Positions 7,044 to 12,608 of a stretch of 12,608 bases of DNA are shown here, in pieces. Both the position numbers and the translations under genes were made by a program. Position 1 is the stretch's first letter. Each line of letters starts with the position of its first letter. A model generated the notes under the pieces. It had not been told where the DNA came from. It saw nothing but the letters and a program-made list of their open reading frames with translations, and did no database searches. Source of the DNA: Candidatus Bipolaricaulia bacterium (GTDB lineage: Bacteria > Bipolaricaulota > Bipolaricaulia > JBHIAT01); the NCBI GenBank assembly GCA_046758705.1, contig JBHIAT010000107.1, positions 1-12,608 of the forward strand, read 5' to 3'.

Positions 7044-7898
7044 TCATGATAGTTTCGTAAGCTCGGCACTGATCTGCCATAGCCGTCGAGCGACGGCCCC
7101 ATCGTAGGACTGCTCAGGCGATCTGGTCTCTTTGTTACTGACGAAGTATTTGCCGCTTATGCCTTCGACCTCGGAAGAGCGAGCCAGATAAATGGTCTTT
7201 TCGGCTGCCTTTTCAGGACTGGCTATAAATGGTCTGAAGACCATCCCCAAAAGACGAAAGCCTAATGGAGCTTCCTTCCCGAAATTCGATCTGACAACAC
7301 CTGGGAAAACGACATTCGTAGTGATGCCCGTGTTCTCCAGTTTCCTGGCCAGCTCATAAGTAAACAGGATATTCGCCAATTTTGATTGGTTGTAGGCCTG
7401 TATGCTGCTATATCGTTTTTCACCCTGAAGGTCATCGAAGTTGATCGTCACCCCGTTTCGAAGCCTGGTGCTGACGTTCACGACTCGAGCGGGTGCGCTC
7501 GCTTTGAGCAGATCGAGCAACAGATTGGTGAGCAAGAAATAGCTCAGGTGGTTGAGAGCGAACGTGTATTCAAGCCCATCTTCAGTTACAGAACGATTAT
7601 AGAAGATACCGCCCGCGTTGTTCACCAGCACATGCAGATGTTGATATTTGTCCTCAAAATCCCTAGTAAGTTGACGAATGGATTGCTGTGATGAAAGGTC
7701 GGCGATCATTAAGGCAACAGACTCGTTACCACTTTTTGCCTTGATTTCAGCCATGGCGATCTCACCTTTGCTGGGGTTGCGGCAAATCATCACCACAGTG
7801 GCGCCCAGCTTGGCCAACCCCAGGGCGGTGGCCTTACCAATGCCTGAATTGGCGCCGGTCACCATGCAGATTTTTCCGTGCATACCAGGATATGACAT
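7044..7898 (-). CDS. Short-chain dehydrogenase/reductase (retinol dehydrogenase/WWOX-like)
   Basis: Rossmann motif VTGANSGIG, LVNNAGG, catalytic YxxxK in YNQSK, and ARRLWQISAELT C-terminus. Confidence 0.93.
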   Translation of the reverse strand: MSYPGMHGKICMVTGANSGIGKATALGLAKLGATVVMICRNPSKGEIAMAEIKAKSGNESVALMIADLSSQQSIRQLTRDFEDKYQHLHVLVNNAGGIFYNRSVTEDGLEYTFALNHLSYFLLTNLLLDLLKASAPARVVNVSTRLRNGVTINFDDLQGEKRYSSIQAYNQSKLANILFTYELARKLENTGITTNVVFPGVVRSNFGKEAPLGFRLLGMVFRPFIASPEKAAEKTIYLARSSEVEGISGKYFVSNKETRSPEQSYDGAVARRLWQISAELTKLS

Positions 7899-7972
7899 CA
7901 GAAATCGGCGACGACCATGTCAATCGACATCTGGAAGTCGGGAAAGGCCGTAAAGACCATGTTAGCGATCAT
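7898..7972 (-). pseudogene. 24-codon relic of a SnoaL/ester-cyclase domain (MIANMVFTAFPDFQMSIDMVVADF)
   Basis: Manual translation. FTAFPDFQMSIDMVVAD aligns with RTTFPDIQMTLTHIIAD and REAFPDVHLTFNDLLAE in the upstream gene; its TGA overlaps the SDR ATG (TGATG). Confidence 0.65.
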
Positions 7973-7974
7973 GA

Positions 7975-9114
7975 TCATCGATCATCTTCCTGCTCCGGCG
8001 AGGGGATGACACCAAGCTGTTGTAGCATGCTCAGCATATCCACGACGCCCCAAGCTTCCACGACCTGGTCACCAACGAAGCGGTTGATGCCTGTCACGTC
8101 CACTGCTATCCTGTTGCCAGTCGGGGGGATGCCCAGATACTCCCCTGTATGGGTGCCCTCCCATGTCATTCGGGCCACCAGCATGTCGTCCTCAGCGAGG
8201 AGATCGTTAAAGGTGAGATGGACGTCGGGGAAAGCCTCACGGAATTTTACAATGAACTCCTTGTGGCCCTCGGGGCCATGGACCTCCTGCTCAGCGTTGG
8301 CGGCATGGGCGATGTACTCGGGAGCAAACAACTCGTCTACTATGTCCAGTTTCCCCTGGTTCCAGGCTTCTTCAGCAAAACGCTGGAAGAGCGCCTTATG
8401 GACTTCTTCGGGCGAGGTTGAACCTTCTTCTTGAACCGCCTCGCCCTGTTCAGAACTGGGGCCAAGGCCGAGCTGTTGCATCATGGTCAGCTGGTCCGCC
8501 ACGTACCAGGCCTCTGCGATGCGGCCGTCTGCGATGCGGAAGGTGACCACCTCCGTGAACTCGACCGGTCTCCCGGTCGGCGGAATGCCCTCCGGCATGT
8601 CAGGCAACCTGAATTCCCCAAGGTGTGTACCGACAGTCGTCCAATACGCAGCAACTTTGTCCCCATCGGCAATGATGTGAGTGAGAGTCATCTGAATGTC
8701 GGGGAAAGTCGTACGCGCACCCGCAACCCCTTGTTTCAACGCCTCATAGCTGGTCGGGAACGTTTGACCCAAGGTGTGGATGGTGTAATCCAAGGTGAAC
8801 AGTTCGTCTACTACGTCCAAATCGCCCCGGTTCCAGATCTCCTCAATGTAGCGACGGACCAGCGCTTTACGTTCATCTAGAGAAACCGTCAAAATCTCTC
8901 CGACACGAAGGAATGGGGGATTGCTCACATCGATTCCGTTCATCGCTGCGATCTCCGTCCACCTCGCTCCATCCCCGTAGAACTGCTCAGCAATCGTCCA
9001 CAGAGAATCTCCCGATTGGACCTGATACGTCGTGGGAGTTTGGGCCAGAGCTGCTGTCGCAACTGACCCCATCAACAAAACGGTTAGAAATAGAAAGCCG
9101 AACCTTCGGTTCAT
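7975..9114 (-). CDS. Secreted LysM plus tandem SnoaL-like ester cyclase domain protein
   Basis: Signal peptide (…ATAALA|Q), LysM TYQVQSGDSLWTIAEQFYGDG, and two SnoaL/NTF2-like domains (FPDIQMT…GTHLGEF…PTGRPV…MMQQLG; FPDVHLT…GTHTGEY…PTGNRI…MLQQLG); GGAGG SD. Confidence 0.9.
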   Translation of the reverse strand: MNRRFGFLFLTVLLMGSVATAALAQTPTTYQVQSGDSLWTIAEQFYGDGARWTEIAAMNGIDVSNPPFLRVGEILTVSLDERKALVRRYIEEIWNRGDLDVVDELFTLDYTIHTLGQTFPTSYEALKQGVAGARTTFPDIQMTLTHIIADGDKVAAYWTTVGTHLGEFRLPDMPEGIPPTGRPVEFTEVVTFRIADGRIAEAWYVADQLTMMQQLGLGPSSEQGEAVQEEGSTSPEEVHKALFQRFAEEAWNQGKLDIVDELFAPEYIAHAANAEQEVHGPEGHKEFIVKFREAFPDVHLTFNDLLAEDDMLVARMTWEGTHTGEYLGIPPTGNRIAVDVTGINRFVGDQVVEAWGVVDMLSMLQQLGVIPSPEQEDDR

Positions 9115-9137
9115 GGCTTACCTCCGCCTCACAATTT

Positions 9138-9184
9138 TTTGATTCTGGTCAGCTATTTTACTGACTCTGATCAGGAAAATCAAA
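9138..9184. promoter_or_regulatory. Interrupted inverted repeat upstream of the RBS of LysM gene 2
   Basis: TTTGATT (9138-9144)/AATCAAA (9178-9184) with inner GTCAG (9148-9152)/CTGAC (9161-9165). Confidence 0.4.
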
Positions 9185-9189
9185 GTGAG

Positions 9190-9332
9190 GGGCCTTGTTG
9201 AATAAATCGACAGGATGAGATGGCGAGAATCACGTAGAGAACAGGGAAAGAACTGCTTTCACATCTCCATCAAAGGGTGGATCTCAAAGTACTATTCCTA
9301 CGGCACATTCGAGGAATTATTCAACAAGCCTC
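9190..9332. mobile_element. MITE-like or internally deleted IS remnant (~143 bp)
   Basis: Terminal inverted repeats GGGCCTTGTTGAATAA (9190-9205) and TTATTCAACAAGCCTC (9317-9332) match at 14/16 with a perfect 12-bp core. No transposase and no clear target duplication. Confidence 0.6.
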
Positions 9333-10300
9333 ATCGGAACATCAATTATCCAGATAGTCGTTCCATCGGAACTGTCGGGATCTCCCGGATAGGATTCAAA
9401 TGTAATCTTATTCCCATCCGAAGACCAAGAAGGAGCTCCATCGTATCCTTCATTATGTGTCACGCTTATGGGATTGCCACCAGAAACAGGTATGATAAAT
9501 AAATTGGCAAATTTCATTCTCCCCGCATCTGAACTGTAGATAATCCATTGTCCATCTGGAGAAAATGAAGCATCTGTTTTATCTCCAGCTCCACTAGTAA
9601 CCTTTCTATGATTTGTCCCGTCAGTATTCATCACCCAAATATCCCACTGTCCGTCAGCAAGTTTTTGATAAAGAATGAGATTGCCGGCCGGTGACCAATT
9701 AGGTTGCCGACAGTCTTCATCCATATCGGTTAGCGTTTGATATGGCTCTGTTCTATCTATTTTGTATCGTGTAATGATTCCATTATCCTCAACATCCAAT
9801 TGGTGGGACTCAAAAACTACCCACTGACCATCGGGGGAAAGGGATGGCTCATAAGCAACTCGGTCTTCTCGGCCAGTAATTTTTATTTCATCCCCCGAAT
9901 TTCCATTTTCATCGATAATGAATATTTCATCATGAGGTTCTCGTGACGAAGAGAATACTATTTTATGCGTAATTGGATTCCAAGTGGAGCCGGGAAGGTT
10001 AACATTTCCGCTTCTATTTGTCACCAGTGTCTTAATAGAGTTGCTTTCCAGATCGATGATTAAAAGGTCAGCAGGCTCTTCGTTATATCTTCTAAACCTT
10101 GTAAAAAGGATTGACTTACCATCAGGAGACCAAGCAGGATTTTGAAGGCTTCCACTTTGGGAGATATCCACCTTATAGGCCCCATCATCTCTATGAAAAT
10201 TCTGGTGGGGTTGAGTATCGTTTAAGCTGTTAATACATCCATCGGCAAACAAGACAAACACAAGCAATAATAAAAGGCTAACTCTTTCAGGTAATTTCAT
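9317..10300 (-). CDS. TolB-like (PD40/WD40-like beta-propeller) lipoprotein
   Basis: Lipobox-like LFADGC after a hydrophobic stretch; repeats PAWSPDGKSILF, PSLSPDGQWVVF, PNWSPAGNLILY, ASFSPDGQWIIY, PSWSSDGNKITF. Visibly AT-richer than its neighbours. Confidence 0.9.
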   Translation of the reverse strand: MKLPERVSLLLLLVFVLFADGCINSLNDTQPHQNFHRDDGAYKVDISQSGSLQNPAWSPDGKSILFTRFRRYNEEPADLLIIDLESNSIKTLVTNRSGNVNLPGSTWNPITHKIVFSSSREPHDEIFIIDENGNSGDEIKITGREDRVAYEPSLSPDGQWVVFESHQLDVEDNGIITRYKIDRTEPYQTLTDMDEDCRQPNWSPAGNLILYQKLADGQWDIWVMNTDGTNHRKVTSGAGDKTDASFSPDGQWIIYSSDAGRMKFANLFIIPVSGGNPISVTHNEGYDGAPSWSSDGNKITFESYPGDPDSSDGTTIWIIDVPMRLVE

Positions 10301-10328
10301 TTGCCCTTCTCTTTGTGGATTAACGGTA

Positions 10329-10355
10329 GTTGCACATAACTCGTTTATCTACGAA
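10329..10355 (-). other. attI/dif-like tyrosine-recombinase core site candidate
   Basis: The minus strand reads TTCGTAGATAAACGA-GTTATGT-GCAAC, a GTTRRRY-like box (6/7) ~35 nt before the TolB-like start. Plus-strand GTTGCACATAA matches the E. coli dif XerC arm at 9/11 but is followed by only a 5-nt spacer before TTAT. Confidence 0.3.
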
Positions 10356-10453
10356 GCTTAGTTCGGGAACCCCTCGCCTGGGATGAATTATCCGGACTTT
10401 ATTTCGGTAACTCCTATTGGCAAACCTTTTTTTGCCTTTCTAACTGCTGCCTT

Positions 10454-10483
10454 TTTATATTCCAAAACAATCTAATCGTGCAA
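10454..10483 (-). promoter_or_regulatory. Putative sigma70 promoter facing the TolB-like gene
   Basis: TTGCAC-N18-TATAAA on the minus strand within an AT-rich tract. Confidence 0.35.
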
Positions 10484-10521
10484 ATCCTTATCTTCCATCA
10501 AGTAAAAGAGTTTGTTAATAT

Positions 10522-11160
10522 GTGAGAATCCTCTACTCAATTGGTTCCTTACCCAATTTCCCCGCTCAGGACCAAGGCATCGACGGGCTCATCGAGGTGC
10601 TGCAAGATGAGGACGTGGCCGTGCGTGCGGTAGCCACTGAGGCACTTGCGGAGATCGGTCCAGATGCCCGACAGGAGGCAGCTCCCAACCTGACCGAAGC
10701 GCGGCCAGATGAGAGAGAGAAAATCCGTCATGATGCCGCCGGGGGGCTGGGGGTAATCGGCCCAGTCGCCCGACAGGAGACAGTTCCCAACCTGGCCGAA
10801 GCGCGGCTAGATGAGAGAGAGGAGGTCCGTCATAATGCCACCGAGGTGCTGGGGGCAATTGGGGGTCCCAGGGCAGTCCCCACACTGATCGAAGCACTAC
10901 AGGATGAGGACAGGTGGGTGTGTTGGGAAGCCGCCGAGGCACTTGTGGGAATCGGTCCAGTCGCCCGGCAGGAGGCAGTTCCCGACCTGGCCGAAGCACT
11001 TGTAGGGATCGGCCCAGACGCCCGGCGGGAGACAGTTCCCGACCTGGCCGAAGCACTTGCAGGGATCCGTCCAGACGCCCAAGACGTGGTTCCGACTCTA
11101 CTCGCTGTATCTGCTCAACCGCCTCCCGGACAGTCTTACCCGTTTGCTCCAGTTCCCTAA
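10522..11160 (+). pseudogene. Degenerate HEAT-repeat (PBS lyase-like) protein gene
   Basis: Repeats LIEVLQDEDVAVRAVATEALAEIGPDA and LIEALQDEDRWVCWEAAEALVGIG. Several repeats are eroded or collapsed, there is no clear RBS, and the tail after ~11100 is the antisense of the HTH gene. Confidence 0.7.
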
Positions 11161-11329
11161 CGCGCCTCAACAGCTCCAGACCGTTGCTATCCACCAACAG
11201 ACGGTTATTCGATTCCCTTTTGGTGTAGCTCTTGAAGTCAACCTCAGACGCCTCAAATACCTTAATCCGGGCCCGAATCTGATTGACGGATAGCCCTAAA
11301 ATGCTGGACATCTCTTTAATAGTGTGCAC
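10589..11329 (-). pseudogene. MerR-like helix-turn-helix protein, genuine only for ~11095-11329, reading through into antisense HEAT repeats
   Basis: GTG 11329 follows AAGGGTG. MHTIKEMSSILGLSVNQIRARIK…KRESNNRLLVDSNGLELLRRVRELEQTGKTVREAVEQI fits the MerR HTH/wing/helix pattern; the rest is Pro/Arg-rich shadow translation. Confidence 0.6.
10933..11096 (+). repeat. Three tandem ~57-bp units (AEALVGIGPxARxExVPDL)
   Basis: Units start at 10933, 10990 and 11047, each GCCGA(G/A)GCACTTG…; the third unit diverges at its end. Confidence 0.85.
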
Positions 11330-11347
11330 GGTAAAACACCCTTGAGA

Positions 11348-11356
11348 ATCATACCA
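11348..11356 (-). promoter_or_regulatory. Extended -10 promoter element for the HTH gene
   Basis: TGGTATGAT (TGn-TATGAT) ends 18 nt upstream of GTG 11329. Confidence 0.45.
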
Positions 11357-11598
11357 CAAATTTGCCAGCTTGAGCATTCACCCCAGGCGTAAAATAGTTC
11401 GACCTGTAGGGCGATTCCCTGTATTCGCACTGGACAACTGTCCTAAGCGGTCGGGCTTTGCAGGAGGCGTTTTCAAGAACATCTCCCTGTAGATCGGCTT
11501 CCGGGAAGGAGATAAGTCTCACCCTGCTGCTCACAGCGCAATTTGCTACCCGTTCCTGTGCAGGATATCATGATGTCGTGCATAGAAGAAAAGACCAG

Positions 11599-12593
11599 AT
11601 GAAGAACTCATTCTACATGATCACCGCTATGATCATTACAACAGCTCTGATTTCAGGATGTGGTTACCGTGATATCAATCAGAATCTGCCTGAAAAAAGA
11701 GATTATCGGCAGGATATGCGCGATTTCGTCCAAAGTATCGCTGTTTACGTGGAGAGAATCCATCCCGGCTTTATCATCATTCCCCAGAACGGACATGAAC
11801 TGCTAACAGAAGATGGAGAAGAGACCGGATCACCGGCCATGGCATATCTGAATGCAATCGATGGTGTCGGACGAGAGGATCTCTTCTATGGATACACGGA
11901 CGACAATGTACCTACACCTGTAGATGAACGGAACTATATGATCGCCTTCATGGATATTGCCGAGAATCATGGAGTTGAAGTGCTTGTGACCGATTACTCC
12001 TGGAGCCATACATACATGGATAATTCCTATGCACAGAATGAAGCTAGGGGCTACATATCATTTGCGGCAGACCATAGAGAACTGGATAATATCCCAGCCT
12101 ATCCGGCAGAACCGTACCACGTGAATACCTCCAACATCACTTCCTGGTTGAAGCTAAGAACTTTCTCTATCTGATTAATCCGGACGAATTTCCTGATAAG
12201 AACGCCTTTCTAAATGCAGTCAGGGGAACAAACTATGATGTCGTCCTCATCGATCTATTTTATGATGACCTGGAGCTGACAGCCAGCGAAGTGGCCTCAT
12301 TGAAGACCAAGGCCAACGGTGGATCTCGACTGGTGATTGCCTATATGAGTATCGGTGAAGCGGAAGACTACCGATACTATTGGCAGGCGGAATGGAAACC
12401 CAACCCACCTTCATGGTTGGCCGAGGAAAATCCGGACTGGCCTGGCAACTATAAGGTCCGCTACTGGGATAGGAATTGGCAGAACGTGATCTATGAGAGC
12501 AACGATTCCTATCTGAAGAAGATTCTTGATGCCGGATTTGATGGTGTGTATCTCGATATCATCGATGCATTCGAATACTTTGAGAATCTGTGA
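11599..12593 (+). pseudogene. Endo-alpha-1,4-polygalactosaminidase-like (GH114/TM1410-MJ1477-type) lipoprotein, split by a 1-nt frameshift at ~12143
   Basis: Lipobox LISGC; motifs FIIIPQNG, GVGREDLFYG, LVIAYMSIGEAEDYRYYW, WPGNYKVRYW, AGFDGVYLD. Adding one C at 12143-12144 gives the continuous NITSLVEAKNFLYLINPD… (331 aa). Confidence 0.85.
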
Positions 12594-12608
12594 CACTCCC
12601 CGCCCTAA
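12590..12608 (-). mobile_element. Probable right end of an IS200/IS605-family (TnpB-type) element, truncated by the window edge
   Basis: The minus strand reads TTAGGGCGGGGAGTGTCAC, resembling the 3' arm of the CCCCGCCC-TTTA-GGGCGGGG subterminal hairpin plus a GTCA/TCAC end. Only 19 nt are visible. Confidence 0.5.

Noticed and set aside
9282-9291. TCTCAAAGTA shared between the MITE interior and the predicted TnpB guide flank (reverse complement near 12575-12585)
   Set aside because: The match is only 10 nt, within chance expectation for a 12.6-kb two-strand comparison, and has no extended pairing.
9215-9502. 95-aa plus-strand ORF starting inside the MITE, as a transposase
   Set aside because: It has no transposase motifs, and most of it is antisense to the TolB-like gene.
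10933-11096. Tandem 57-bp units as a CRISPR array
   Set aside because: There are no unique spacers, the units are in-frame protein repeats, and no cas genes are present.
11458-11598. Longer N-terminus of the GH114-like ORF given by the ORF track
   Set aside because: ATG 11599 directly begins a lipoprotein signal peptide, and the upstream extension is not protein-like.

Overview
This is a mosaic bacterial accessory region. Bases 1-1914 are the distal end of an integron gene-cassette array with no integrase in the window. It has three canonical attC sites and cassettes for an MDR-family oxidoreductase (partial), a secreted beta-propeller-like protein and an APRT-like phosphoribosyltransferase. 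The array meets, head-on, a minus-strand run of RNase HI-SWIM fusion, sugar-phosphate isomerase/epimerase and urocanate hydratase (hutU), which is preceded by a candidate 12-aa leader peptide and hairpin. The middle holds two convergent secreted genes sharing an ~82% identical LysM module fused to unrelated cargo (an unknown domain; tandem SnoaL/ester cyclase domains), with an SDR and a SnoaL relic between them. The right part has a MITE-like element supplying the stop codon of an AT-rich TolB-like lipoprotein gene that lies behind an attI/dif-like site. It also has a HEAT-repeat gene and a MerR-like HTH gene apparently fused tail-to-tail by deletion, a frameshifted GH114-like lipoprotein gene, and a probable IS200/IS605 right end at the window edge. 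All family calls come from motif recognition by eye; no database searches were run.
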